Below the pieces are notes generated by a model. That model saw only the letters and a list, made by a program, of their open reading frames with translations. It searched no databases and was not told the DNA's origin. A stretch of 64,000 nt of DNA from Dehalococcoidia bacterium (GTDB taxonomy: Bacteria > Chloroflexota > Dehalococcoidia > Lucifugimonadales > UBA3495): the NCBI GenBank assembly GCA_009692925.1, contig SHYG01000001.1, positions 8,684 through 72,683 of the forward strand. The letters run 5' to 3'. Shown here in pieces: positions 17,936-27,536 of the stretch (positions within the stretch are counted from its first letter, which is position 1; every line of letters begins with the position of its first letter). The translations under genes were made by a program, and so were the position numbers.

Positions 17936-18383
17936 CCAGCACCGGCAGGCCCACTGAGGGCAGCACCCGGTCCGTGACGCTGCCCAGCAGCAGACGTTGC
18001 ACTGCGCCCCTGCCACGAGTGCTCATGGCCACCAGGTCAATGCCGCGCAGCCGGGCATACTCGCCAATCTTTTCCGCTGCCGGGCCTTCCCACACGGCAA
18101 TCTCCGCCCGCACGCCTTCGGCAATAATCGGCGCGGCGGCGGCGCTCAGGTACTCCCGCGCGGCGGCCAGGTTGGCGGAGAGGTACCGCCGGGCCAGCTC
18201 GCGGGCGGAGTCCGAGGCTAGGGGGTTGTCCGTCACCACCGGGGCATCCACCGCATCAGCCTCGGCCACCACCCGCAGCAGGTGCACCGTGGCGCCCAGG
18301 GCGGCGGCCAGATTCTGGGCATGGGCAAGGGCAGCTTCGGCGGCCTTGGAACCGTCCAGGGGCACCAGGATACGTTGGTACAT
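17916..18383 (-). CDS. Universal stress protein (UspA family)
   Basis: 155 aa with MYQRILVPLDGS and a C-terminal GSVTDRVL..PVLVI. Confidence 0.85.
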   Translation of the reverse strand: MYQRILVPLDGSKAAEAALAHAQNLAAALGATVHLLRVVAEADAVDAPVVTDNPLASDSARELARRYLSANLAAAREYLSAAAAPIIAEGVRAEIAVWEGPAAEKIGEYARLRGIDLVAMSTRGRGAVQRLLLGSVTDRVLPSVGLPVLVIPPED

Positions 18384-18527
18384 GTTGCCACCTCTTAACG
18401 ACCTATCTCCCCAGCATATGGAAATCCCCGCCGCAGTGTCAACGTGACGAGCCGCCGGTGTGCAATCCTGGTGCCCCAGGGTTTAATATATAAGCATGGA
18501 ACCGGCAACTAGACCGACGGGAGAAGC

Positions 18528-20270
18528 ATGACCCGCAAGTTTCGTTTGGCCCTGGCTCAGATCAACTCCACGGTGGGCGACCTGCCGGGCAACACCGCCA
18601 AGATGCTCCATTACCTGGAGCAGGCGCGGGAGGCCCAGGCCGACCTGGTGGCCTTCCCAGAGCTGGCAATCACTGGCTACCCGCCGGAGGACTTGCTGTT
18701 CAAGCCGTCCTTCCTGCGGGACAATGTGGCCGCGATGCAGAAGGTGGTGGCAGCATCCAAGGGCATGGCTGTAGTAGTGGGTTATGTCCAGATGGAGCCC
18801 GACGTGTCCAACGCCGCCGCCATCGGGTATGACGGCCAGTTGGTGGACACCTACCGCAAGATGTATCTGCCCAACTACGGCGTGTTCGACGAAGACCGCT
18901 ACTTCCGCCGCGGCAATGTTTGCCCCGTGTACATCATCAACGGCGTGGCGGTGGGCGTTAACATCTGCGAGGACATCTGGTACCCGGTGGGGCCCATCGC
19001 AGTGCAGCGGGCCGCCGGGGCGGAGGTCATCGTCAACATCAGCGCCTCGCCCTTCTACGCCGGGAAGCGGGACTTCCGGGAGAAGATGGTCGCCACCCGC
19101 GCCGCCGACAACGAGCTCTTCGTCGCCTACCTGAACACCGTGGGCGGTCAGGACGAGCTGGTCTTTGACGGGGCCAGCCTGGTATACGACATGAACGCCA
19201 AGCTGGTGGCTCGCGGCTCCGCCTTTGCCGAGGAGCTGATTGTGGTGGACCTGGACGTGGAGGCGGTGTTTCGCACCCGCCTGCGCGACCCGCGACCCCG
19301 CAAGGAGAACCCGACCATTCTGCGAGAGATTGGCGCCAGCAAGGTGGTGCAAATTTCCGCCCAGCGGCCCGGCCCGCAGCAGCCCCTGCCCAGCCACCGC
19401 CCCGCCCCGCGAGTGGATGGGGTGGAAGAGGTCTACCGCGCCCTGGTGCTGGGCACCCGGGACTACGTGCGCAAGACCGGCTTCAGCAAGGTGCTCATTG
19501 GGCTTTCCGGCGGGATAGACTCCGCCCTCACCGCCACCATCGCTAGGGATGCCCTTGGGCCGGAGAACGTGGTGGGCGTCACCATGCCCTCCCGGTTCTC
19601 CTCAGAGGGCAGCGTCGGCGACTCGCAAGAGCTGGCCGATATGCTGGGCATCGAGCTGTGGCGGGTGCCCATCGAGCCGGCGCACCTGGCCTTCGCCGAT
19701 ATGCTGGAGCCCTACTTCCGCAAAACCCAGCCCAACGTGGCCGAGGAGAACGTGCAGTCGCGCATCCGGGGCAACGCGCTGATGTCCCTGTCCAACAAGT
19801 TCGGCTGGATGGTGCTGACCACCGGCAACAAGAGCGAGATGGCCATGGGCTACGCCACCCTCTACGGCGACATGGTGGGGGGCTTCGCGGTCATCAAGGA
19901 CGTGCCCAAGACCCTGGTGTACGACCTGGCCCGCTGGCGCAACCAGCATGGCGACCCACACCCGGTGATCCCGCTAGCCAGCATCGACAAGCCCCCCAGC
20001 GCCGAGCTAGCGCCGGGCCAGCTGGACCAGGATACCCTGCCGCCTTATGACGTGCTGGACCAGGTGGTGAAGGCCTACGTGGAGGAGGACTGGGGTTACC
20101 AGGATTTGGTGGACCAGGGGTTTGACCCCCAGGTGGTGCGCCAGGTCATCGCCACGGTGGACCGCAACGAGTACAAGCGGCGCCAGGCCCCGCCGGGGGT
20201 GAAGATTACGCCACGGGCCTTCGGCAAAGACCGCCGCCTGCCCATCGTCAACCGCTACCGTCAGTTCTGA
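18528..20270 (+). CDS. nadE: Glutamine-dependent NAD+ synthetase
   Basis: 580 aa. N-terminal CN-hydrolase domain (LALAQIN, FPELAITGY) and a C-terminal PP-loop GLSGGIDS. Confidence 0.95.
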   Translation: MTRKFRLALAQINSTVGDLPGNTAKMLHYLEQAREAQADLVAFPELAITGYPPEDLLFKPSFLRDNVAAMQKVVAASKGMAVVVGYVQMEPDVSNAAAIGYDGQLVDTYRKMYLPNYGVFDEDRYFRRGNVCPVYIINGVAVGVNICEDIWYPVGPIAVQRAAGAEVIVNISASPFYAGKRDFREKMVATRAADNELFVAYLNTVGGQDELVFDGASLVYDMNAKLVARGSAFAEELIVVDLDVEAVFRTRLRDPRPRKENPTILREIGASKVVQISAQRPGPQQPLPSHRPAPRVDGVEEVYRALVLGTRDYVRKTGFSKVLIGLSGGIDSALTATIARDALGPENVVGVTMPSRFSSEGSVGDSQELADMLGIELWRVPIEPAHLAFADMLEPYFRKTQPNVAEENVQSRIRGNALMSLSNKFGWMVLTTGNKSEMAMGYATLYGDMVGGFAVIKDVPKTLVYDLARWRNQHGDPHPVIPLASIDKPPSAELAPGQLDQDTLPPYDVLDQVVKAYVEEDWGYQDLVDQGFDPQVVRQVIATVDRNEYKRRQAPPGVKITPRAFGKDRRLPIVNRYRQF

Positions 20271-20273
20271 CGA

Positions 20274-20366
20274 GCTATCAGCCTTCAGCGGTCAGCTATC
20301 AGCCCCCACCCCCAGTACAGGTGTGGGGATGGGAAGCTGAACGCTGACGGCTGATAGCTGACCGCT
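20274..20366. repeat. Heptad-array hairpin repeat (TCAGCNN arms), copy 1; likely bidirectional terminator between nadE and ridA
   Basis: Outer arms AGCGGTCAGCTATCAGC (20287-20303) and GCTGATAGCTGACCGCT (20350-20366) are a perfect 17-bp inverted repeat. The inner part pairs CCCCACCCCC with GGTGTGGGG. Confidence 0.75.
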
Positions 20367-20829
20367 ACTCCGCCACTTCTACGACCATCTCCACCTCGAC
20401 GCAGCTACCCCTGGGCAGGCCGCCCATACCCACGGCGGAGCGGGCGTGGCGGCCCTGGTCGCCGTACAACTCCACCAGCAGGTCTGACGCGCCGTTGGCC
20501 ACCAAAAAGTGCTGGTCAAACTCCAGGTCGGCGTTGACCATCACCAGCAGCTTCACCACCCGGCTGACCTTGTCCAGGTCTCCCACCGCATCCTTGATGC
20601 TGCCCAGGCAGTTCACCGCCGCCTGGCGGGCCGCGGCGTAGCCCTCCTGGACCGTGACCTCGCGGCCCACCTTGCCCCGGTGCAGCACCGAGCCATCAAT
20701 CATGCGGGGCAGGTGTCCCGCCACGAAGAGCAGGTTGCCGGTGCGCACCGTGGGGACAAAGTTAGCCATTGGCGCGGCGGGCGCCGTGAGGGTGATGCCC
20801 ATTTGGGCCAGCTGGCGTTCGATCTTCAT
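20365..20829 (-). CDS. ridA: RidA/YjgF-family reactive-intermediate deaminase
   Basis: 154 aa with LLFVAGHLP and the overall RidA pattern. The TAG stop overlaps the repeat arm. Confidence 0.85.
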   Translation of the reverse strand: MKIERQLAQMGITLTAPAAPMANFVPTVRTGNLLFVAGHLPRMIDGSVLHRGKVGREVTVQEGYAAARQAAVNCLGSIKDAVGDLDKVSRVVKLLVMVNADLEFDQHFLVANGASDLLVELYGDQGRHARSAVGMGGLPRGSCVEVEMVVEVAE

Positions 20830-20861
20830 GCTTCTTCTCCAATGTTGCTACGGGACGAATT

Positions 20862-20925
20862 AGCGGGGATTTGGGGATCGCCCGCCCGTTTACTCTTCGT
20901 ATCCCCTAATCCCCAAATCCCCGCT
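20862..20925. repeat. (GGGGATT)n inverted heptad repeat, copy 2
   Basis: AGCGGGGATTTGGGGAT (20862-20878) and ATCCCCAAATCCCCGCT (20909-20925) are a perfect 17-nt inverted repeat. The right arm encodes the last residues (GDLGIRGYEE) of the TPR ORF. Confidence 0.6.
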
Positions 20926-21456
20926 ACCATCGTCGCCCAACTCCGCCTGGGTGGCCGCCAGGTTCTTGCGGGTGGCCTGGGTGCTGGGGTGATCCGGTCC
21001 CAACACCCGCTCCCGGTCGGGAAGCAGTGTGCGGTGCCGGCCCAGGGCCTCTTGGGGACGTCCGGCGGCGCGGTGGCTGTTAGCCACACTGCCCCGGCTG
21101 CGCAGGGTTTCCGGGTGGTCCGGCCCCAGCGCGCGCTCTCGGTGCTCCAGCACCTGGGCAAACTGCTGGATGGCCTCGTCGTAGCAGCCCGCGGCGTAAT
21201 AGCAGTTGGCCAGACTGCTACGCGCCCGCAAGGCCTCGGCGCTGTCCGGCCCCAGGGAGCGGCTCCATCCTGCCGCGTTGGCCTGGAACAGTTGCAGCGC
21301 CTGGCCAAAGTCTCCCTGGGCGCGAAATCGGTGCGCCAGCTTATGCCGCGCCTGAAGGGTGCGCGGGTGGTCAGGTCCCAGGCGTTGCTCCAGGGAAGTT
21401 AGGGAGCTTATCAAGTGTCGCAGAATCCTTCTTCTGAACCGAGTGCGGGAGGCCAA
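20890..21456 (-). CDS. TPR_12-type tetratricopeptide repeat protein (possibly a fragment)
   Basis: 188 aa with a repeated LGPDHP(R/E)TL motif. The TTG start comes immediately after an in-frame TGA. Confidence 0.65.
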   Translation of the reverse strand: MASRTRFRRRILRHLISSLTSLEQRLGPDHPRTLQARHKLAHRFRAQGDFGQALQLFQANAAGWSRSLGPDSAEALRARSSLANCYYAAGCYDEAIQQFAQVLEHRERALGPDHPETLRSRGSVANSHRAAGRPQEALGRHRTLLPDRERVLGPDHPSTQATRKNLAATQAELGDDGSGDLGIRGYEE

Positions 21457-21584
21457 GAGTCAGAAATGGTAGCCTCGGCCCATTCCAGCGCTTCGGCCTC
21501 CCGCACTACATCACGGGCCATCTCACGATAGTCCGCATCCAGGTTATCCAGGTTCTCTCGCATTTCCGGGTGTTCATCCATAAT

Positions 21585-23485
21585 TCACCACAGCTCCGCC
21601 ATTATAGCGCCCATGCCGGCGGTATCGTAGCCACCCAGGTCAGCCACGGCGCTCTGGAACTCCGGGTCTGCCAGCAGGGGCTGGAGCAATTCGCTCTCGT
21701 AATGGACTCGGGGAATTACCAGGTCGTACTGCTCGTTGAAAAGCGGGATAAAGTCCAGGCCCAGGGCGCGAGCGGCGCTGAGCACCCCCAGGCCGGTGTC
21801 CGCCGAGCCGCTCTGCACCGCCGCCGCCACTGCCAGGTGGGTGAACTCCTCCCGCTGATAACCCGTTATCTCTGCCCCAGTCAAACCCAGCGCCTTGAGG
21901 TGGAAGTCCAGCAGCACCCTGGTGCCCGACCCGCGCTGGCGGTTGACAAAGCGGACATCGGTACGCCCCAGGTCGGCCAGCGAGTGAATATTCTGCGGGT
22001 TGCCCGGCGGCGCCATGAGCCCCTGAACGCGGCCCGCCAGCTTCACCACCAACACGGGCAACCCCGGCAGGCTGCGCCGGACCTGGGCCACGTTGTACTG
22101 GCCGGTGGCTTCATCCAGCAGGTGGCAGCCCGCCAAATGGGCCTGGCCCAGCCGCAGCGCCTGCAGCCCGCCCAGGCTCCCCACGTGGGACGAGGCCAGG
22201 CGCAGGCCTGGACTACGCCGCCGCAGCTGGCTGGCGATGAGGTCCAGCGCCAAGTCGTGGCTGCCGATGACCACAATGGTGTTCTCCACCTCGGCCAGGG
22301 TCCGCAGCAGATCCACCGACACCGGCGCGCCCGCGTCCAGACCCTCAGAGAAGCGGGGTATGCGAACCAGGCCGTCGGCCCGCACCAGGGACATGGTCAC
22401 TCCCGCGCCGCGTTGCAACGGGGTCGCCACCATCTGGTCGCCCACCCGGCCCGGCTTTACCCGCAGGAACTCGTCCTCGCCCAGGGGGGACACCACCTTG
22501 CGGGTTATCGTGGCGCTCACCGTGGGGCGCGGCGCAGACGCCAGTCCCAGCTTGCGCTCCAGCCAGGGCTTGACCACCAGCTCGGCGGTGAGGACTGCGG
22601 ACACTGGGTAGCCCGGCAGTCCAACCACCGGCTTGCCCTGGGCCACTCCCAGCGCCACGGGATGGCCCGGCCGGATGGCGATTCCATGGACCAGGAGGAT
22701 GCCCAGCGCCTCTATCACCGCGGCGGTGTAGTCCTCGGAGCCGGCGGAGGAACCAGCGTTGATGATGACCAGGTCGTGACTCTCCAGGGCCTGCCGCACC
22801 GCGCCCTGCAAGCTGGGCAGGTGGTCCGCCACCGGGGGCAGAGCCTCCGCCATCCCGCCGCAGTCCCGCACCAGCCCGGACAGCACCAGGGAGTTGAACT
22901 CCAGCACCTGGCCGGGTTGCAGGTTGGGCGTACCCACGGTCACCAGCTCGCTTCCCGTGGGGATAATTGCCACCTTGGCACGCCGCCGCACTGGCAGCGC
23001 GGTCAGCCCGGCGGCTGCGCAGGCGCCCAGGTCCACGGGGCCCAAAAGATGGCTTTCCGGCAGCACCATTTCGCGGTGGCCACAATATCTTCGCCCAGGG
23101 GGCGCACGTGCTGCCAGGGGGCCACTGCCGCCATAATCTCCACCGCGCCATCGCTGCGCCGGTGCAGATGCTCAATCATCACCACCGCGTTGGTTCCGGC
23201 GGGCAGCGGGTCGCCGGTGTCCACCCGCGCCGAATGGGGGCCAACCGGCAAGCGCACCGGCGCAGTCTCGCTGGCGCCAAAGGTGTCGGCGGCGCGCAGG
23301 GAGAAACCATCCACGGTGGAGCGGGGGAAGGCCGGCAGGTCCTCAGGCGCGCCGACGGCTTCGGCGGTGACTCGCCCCAGCGCCTCGGCGGTGGGCACTG
23401 CCTCGGCAGGAGTGCGGGCAGTCAGGCGCTCCAGCAGCTCCCGCAGCGCCTGCTCCGGGGGCAGCACGTTAAAGAACTCCGGCAT
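21585..23485 (-). pseudogene. moeA: MoeA molybdopterin molybdenumtransferase fused to a periplasmic-binding-protein-like domain, split by a 1-nt frameshift
   Basis: Track ORFs 23003..23485 (MoeA N-domain ...RPLGEDIVATAK) and 21585..23069 (MVLPESHLLGPVDLGACAAAGL..., PTGSEL, then a PBP-like C-domain) are consecutive parts of one protein. The total span of 1901 nt is not divisible by 3. One extra A in the AAA run at 23069-23071 restores ..GEDIVATAKMVLPESH.. Confidence 0.8.
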
Positions 23486-23514
23486 TTACGCCTCCCCCGG
23501 CGAGCCGGGGCGGA

Positions 23515-24834
23515 CTAATCCGCGGGCTGCTGGCCTTCCTCCGCCACCACCTCGCGCCGGAGGCTGAACACCCCGGCGGCGCGCTTGTACATGTCCACAA
23601 TCCGGCCCCGGTCCAGAACCAGGATTAACAGCGCCAGCGCCAGGAACAGGATGGAGAAGATTACCCGGGGCGCAGGGTCGGTGAAGAACAGGTGGGCGAT
23701 AAACAGCCCCAGCAAAGCTAACGCGCCGTACACCGGGACCTTCATCCGCGCCAGCAGCACGATGGCGAACAGGGACATGGCGGCGGTAAGCAGGAACTCC
23801 ACGGCCTGCTGGTGATCCAGCGGGAAGGCGTGGGCTTCGCCAAAGGTGAAGCTGAACAGCACCGGCATGGTGCCGACTAGCAGGGTGAGCTGGTTCACTT
23901 CCGAGGAGACCAGCACCGTCATGCCGGCCAGGGGGTTGGCCCGCATCGTGAGCAGCAGAGCGATGACCAGCTCCGGCGATTCGGAGGCCAGCGGCGCCAG
24001 CCACTGGATGAGAGTGAACTCCGGGATGCCAAACACTTTACCAGTCTCCACCAACCCTTCGACGAAGGGCTCCGCCGCCGCAAAGATGACCACCGCCGCG
24101 TAGACCACCAGCAGCACCGTCAGCGCAATCTGCGGGCCTTTGGGCAGCGCGCCGATGGCGGCAGATGGCCCCATCAGCTCCGGCTCCTCGCTGGGCCGCC
24201 GGGAGCTGGCCCATAGGTAGAAGATGTACAGGGCTACCAGCACCCCGGACAGAATCAGGCTGATCTCCCGCAAGAAAAATATCAGGAAGGTCAAAGCTGT
24301 GGCCACAGTGAGGATGGTGAACTCCAGCGACATGGTGCGGGCCAGCACCAGGTCACGACGGTTGCGGAACCAGAAGAACAGGGCCACCATGGACCAGCCC
24401 ACGCCAATCAGGAGCCGGTTGGCGCCGGTGACGTTAGCCGCGGCCCGGGCCACCTCCGGCACGTGTTCCGGGTCGGCAAAACAGATGGCTGCCGTGGCCG
24501 CTTTACACGCCGCGCCGGCATCCAGCGCCAACACTGCCTCAATGGCATACTCCGGCAGGATGGCGATCAACGCTAGAATGGCGATGGCCAGGGCAGCGCT
24601 GATGTGGAGCTGGGCCACTTCCAGCGCCCAGGAGAGCAGGAAGGCCGACCCCAGGATGGCCACTCCGCAGATGAGCGCGGTGATTTCGGGATTCAGGTGC
24701 TGGCCGGAAAGACGGATTACCAGCGCGGGCAAGCCCATGCCCACCGCGATGAAGACTAACAGCCAGGAACGGGCGGACCCAGTGTGGGAAGGATGATGAG
24801 CCCCGTGAGACTCGGCGTTAGGGTGATTAGCCAC
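23515..24834 (-). CDS. CaCA-family cation/Ca2+ exchanger membrane protein
   Basis: Track ORF 23515..25074. GTG at 24834 is preceded by AGGAGAGG. The two alpha-repeat signatures LPEYAIE and SESPELV are present, with many transmembrane (TM) helices. Confidence 0.8.
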   Translation of the reverse strand: MANHPNAESHGAHHPSHTGSARSWLLVFIAVGMGLPALVIRLSGQHLNPEITALICGVAILGSAFLLSWALEVAQLHISAALAIAILALIAILPEYAIEAVLALDAGAACKAATAAICFADPEHVPEVARAAANVTGANRLLIGVGWSMVALFFWFRNRRDLVLARTMSLEFTILTVATALTFLIFFLREISLILSGVLVALYIFYLWASSRRPSEEPELMGPSAAIGALPKGPQIALTVLLVVYAAVVIFAAAEPFVEGLVETGKVFGIPEFTLIQWLAPLASESPELVIALLLTMRANPLAGMTVLVSSEVNQLTLLVGTMPVLFSFTFGEAHAFPLDHQQAVEFLLTAAMSLFAIVLLARMKVPVYGALALLGLFIAHLFFTDPAPRVIFSILFLALALLILVLDRGRIVDMYKRAAGVFSLRREVVAEEGQQPAD

Positions 24835-25088
24835 AGACCTCTCCTGCTTTGAATGGGCGGATGGATTAACGGCGGGCGCTGGCTTGCAGGCACCCCTGGC
24901 TTGCCAGTGCCCTAGTGTACCAGCAGGCGGGGGCGCCAGCAACCCACAGGCTGGCGGCGCGCGAAGGCATCCAACGGGTTCTGCCTGCCCTGGCGCCGCA
25001 TCCTCCCCTCGCCCAAATAGTATCCCAGTGGTAGAATCTGGTTTGACAATGGGCTCCCAAGAAGGGAGACTCAAAACTCAGGAGCCTG

Positions 25089-26393
25089 ATGGCACAATCT
25101 GACGCCCAGCCCCAGGAGACGGCCCCTGCCGCAGGTGCAGCGGCCCCACAGATTCCTCCCCATCCAGCGACACGCCGGGGGATGAAGACCTTTACCTCCC
25201 TGCAGAACAACCGCGACTACCGGTTCCTCTTCGCCGGCAACCTGTGCGCCAACGCCGCCCAGTGGCTGCAGTTGCTCACCGTGGGGTGGCTGGTGCTGGA
25301 GATTAGCGGCGGGTCGGCCCTGCACGCCGGGTCGGTGGTGGGCCTGCGAGCGCTGCCCACACTGGTGCTGGGCCCCTACGCGGGAGTGCTGGCCGATCGC
25401 TACAACCGCAAACGGATCGCCATTGCCTGCCAACTGGCGCTGGCGGTGGCGGCATCCATTTTTGCCGCGGTAGTGGCCACCGGCGATGTCACCGTGTGGC
25501 ACGCCTACGTCTACATGGCCATCGTCGGCGTGGGCTTCACCATCAAACAGCCGGTGCGCCAGGCGCTCATCGCCAACACCGTGCAGAAGTCCGACATGCC
25601 CAACGCACTGGCCCTCAACGCCATGGCCGTCACCTCCATGCGTCTGGTGGGGCCGCTCATCGGCGGAATCCTCATCGCCACTGTAGGGTTCAAGTGGAAC
25701 TTCGTGTTTGAGGCATGCCTGTTCCTGTCGATGGCGCTGCTGCTGCTGCCCATGCGCACGCCGTTCCAAGAGGGCGGCGCCAACCGGCACGCCTCGGGCT
25801 GGGCCAACATGGTGGAGGGACTGCGATATATCGCGAAGAGCAAGGTGATGCTGCGGCTCAACCTGCTGAACTTTGTGCGGGCCGCGGCCTTTGGCACAGT
25901 GCCCCTGGTGCTGCCCGCTTACGCCAAGAGTGCGCTGGACGGCGGGCCCAGCACCGGCACCGCGCTGCTTACCGTGATGGGCGTCGGCGGATTGTCCGCC
26001 ACGGTCATCATGGCCTCGTGGGGCTTCTTCACCAAGAAGGGCATGGTGGGCCTCATCAGCCTGGCCGCCGGCTCGGCCTGCATTCTGGGCCTGGGCCTTT
26101 CCCACTGGCTATGGCTGTCCTTGCTGTTGATTGCGCTGCAGGGGTTCTTCCAGACCCACTTCATTGTCAGCAACCAGACCCTGATCCAGACCCTGGTGCC
26201 CGACTCCCTGCGGGGCCGCGTCTCCAGCGTCTGGCACTACGAGCAAGGGCTGACGCCGCTGTTTGTGTTCCTGGTTAGCGTGCTGGGCGAATACCAGGGC
26301 ATGGGCGTGGCCATCTCCGTGCTAGGCGCCTGCTCCCTGGCGTTAAGCCTGTTCTTCTTCCTGCGCTTCACCGACAACCGCACCCTGGATTAA
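25089..26393 (+). CDS. MFS transporter
   Basis: 434 aa with NRDYRFLFAGN, AGVLADRYNRKR and 12 TM-like segments. AGGAG lies 4 nt before ATG 25089 (alternative ATG at 25182). Confidence 0.85.
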   Translation: MAQSDAQPQETAPAAGAAAPQIPPHPATRRGMKTFTSLQNNRDYRFLFAGNLCANAAQWLQLLTVGWLVLEISGGSALHAGSVVGLRALPTLVLGPYAGVLADRYNRKRIAIACQLALAVAASIFAAVVATGDVTVWHAYVYMAIVGVGFTIKQPVRQALIANTVQKSDMPNALALNAMAVTSMRLVGPLIGGILIATVGFKWNFVFEACLFLSMALLLLPMRTPFQEGGANRHASGWANMVEGLRYIAKSKVMLRLNLLNFVRAAAFGTVPLVLPAYAKSALDGGPSTGTALLTVMGVGGLSATVIMASWGFFTKKGMVGLISLAAGSACILGLGLSHWLWLSLLLIALQGFFQTHFIVSNQTLIQTLVPDSLRGRVSSVWHYEQGLTPLFVFLVSVLGEYQGMGVAISVLGACSLALSLFFFLRFTDNRTLD

Positions 26394-26443
26394 CCGCGCT
26401 GGGGCGCTGTCCCAACGAGCCGTGGCACCCCAGTAGATGTATC

Positions 26444-26473
26444 TGTAGGGACGCACAGCTGTGCGTCCCTACA
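26444..26473. repeat. TGTAGGGACGCACAGCTGTGCGTCCCTACA palindrome (family B, copy 1)
   Basis: Perfect 30-nt palindrome. Relatives lie at 38303-38332 and 53771-53798. Confidence 0.65.
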
Positions 26474-26560
26474 TTCGCAACAAATTAACCGCAATACCCC
26501 TGCCCCAGAGCCGATGCTATAATGCTGGCGAATTGTAGCATCCTCAAAGGAGCGCTGACC

Positions 26561-27454
26561 ATGAAGATCGGATTCATCGGCGTCGGAAACATGGGCAACC
26601 CCATGGCCACCAACCTGATCAAGGCGGGCCACCAGCTAACGGTTCATGACATTCGCCAGGAGGCAGCCACCAACCTGCTAGAGATGGGCGCCAACTGGGC
26701 CGACTCGCCCAAGGCCACCGTGCCGGGCAACGAGGTGGTGTTCACCTCCCTGCCGATGCCTCGCCACGTGGAGGCAGTGGTGCTTGGGGAGAATGGCATC
26801 CTGGAGGGAGCCAAGCGCGGCTCAATCTACGTGGACCTCTCCACCAACTCGCCCACGGTCATCCGCCGCATCCACCAGACCTGCGCCGAGAAGGGCGTCA
26901 TCGTGCTGGACGCCCCGGTCAGCGGCGGCGTGTACGGCGCGGCGGCGGGCACTTTGGCGGTGATGGTTGGCGGAGACGAGAAGGTCTTCCGGCGCATCAA
27001 GCCTGCCCTGGACGCCATTGGCGGTCACGTGGTCTACTGCGGGCCCATTGGCAACGGCATGGTGTGCAAGATTTGCAATAACTTACTCAGCATGGGCACC
27101 GGCGTGCTGCTGGCGGAGGCCCTGACCCTGGGCGTGAAGGCCGGCGTGGACCTGGCGACCCTGGCCGACGTCATCGCCAACAGCTCCGGCGGCTGCAAGC
27201 GTATCACCGAGAAGTTCCCCCGCTATCTGTTCAAGGGCAACTTTCAGCCGGGGTTTGCCACCTCCCTGGCGGCCAAGGACGTGCGCCTGGCCACCGACTT
27301 GGGCCGCGAGTACGGCATGCCCATGGAGCTGTCCAACATGGTGGACCAGCGCCACGTGGAGGCCCTGCACCGGGGCTGGGGCGACCTGGACTCCGACGCG
27401 GTGGCGCAGATTCAAGAGGAGAAGGCGGGCGTGCAGCTAAGGCTGCCGGTCTAA
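26561..27454 (+). CDS. NAD(P)-dependent 3-hydroxyisobutyrate dehydrogenase-family oxidoreductase
   Basis: ATG 26561 follows AAAGGAG. MKIGFIGVGNMGNPMA Rossmann motif and family-typical length. Confidence 0.85.
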   Translation: MKIGFIGVGNMGNPMATNLIKAGHQLTVHDIRQEAATNLLEMGANWADSPKATVPGNEVVFTSLPMPRHVEAVVLGENGILEGAKRGSIYVDLSTNSPTVIRRIHQTCAEKGVIVLDAPVSGGVYGAAAGTLAVMVGGDEKVFRRIKPALDAIGGHVVYCGPIGNGMVCKICNNLLSMGTGVLLAEALTLGVKAGVDLATLADVIANSSGGCKRITEKFPRYLFKGNFQPGFATSLAAKDVRLATDLGREYGMPMELSNMVDQRHVEALHRGWGDLDSDAVAQIQEEKAGVQLRLPV

Positions 27455-27456
27455 GC

Positions 27457-27521
27457 CATCAGCTATCAGCCCCAACCCCAACCAGGACGGGGCGGGGCCT
27501 GACGGCTGAAAGCTGACCGCT
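27457..27521. repeat. Heptad-array hairpin repeat, copy 2
   Basis: TCAGCTATCAGCC-CCAACCCC...GGGGCGGGG-CCTGACGGCTGAAAGCTGA, located between two co-oriented genes. Confidence 0.7.
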
Positions 27522-27536
27522 ACATCGGAGCATGCC

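Noticed and set aside
21570-23567. A 665-aa plus-strand ORF and similar long ORFs as genes. Examples are 1865..3085, 25071..26105, 44471..45751, 45250..46554, 46546..47784, 52384..53685, 53877..54680, 54834..56024 and 58361..60295.
   Set aside because: All lie antisense to genes with strong motif support. They have Arg/Gly/Ala/His/Pro-rich compositions typical of shadow ORFs in GC-rich DNA, and they lack any recognisable motif.
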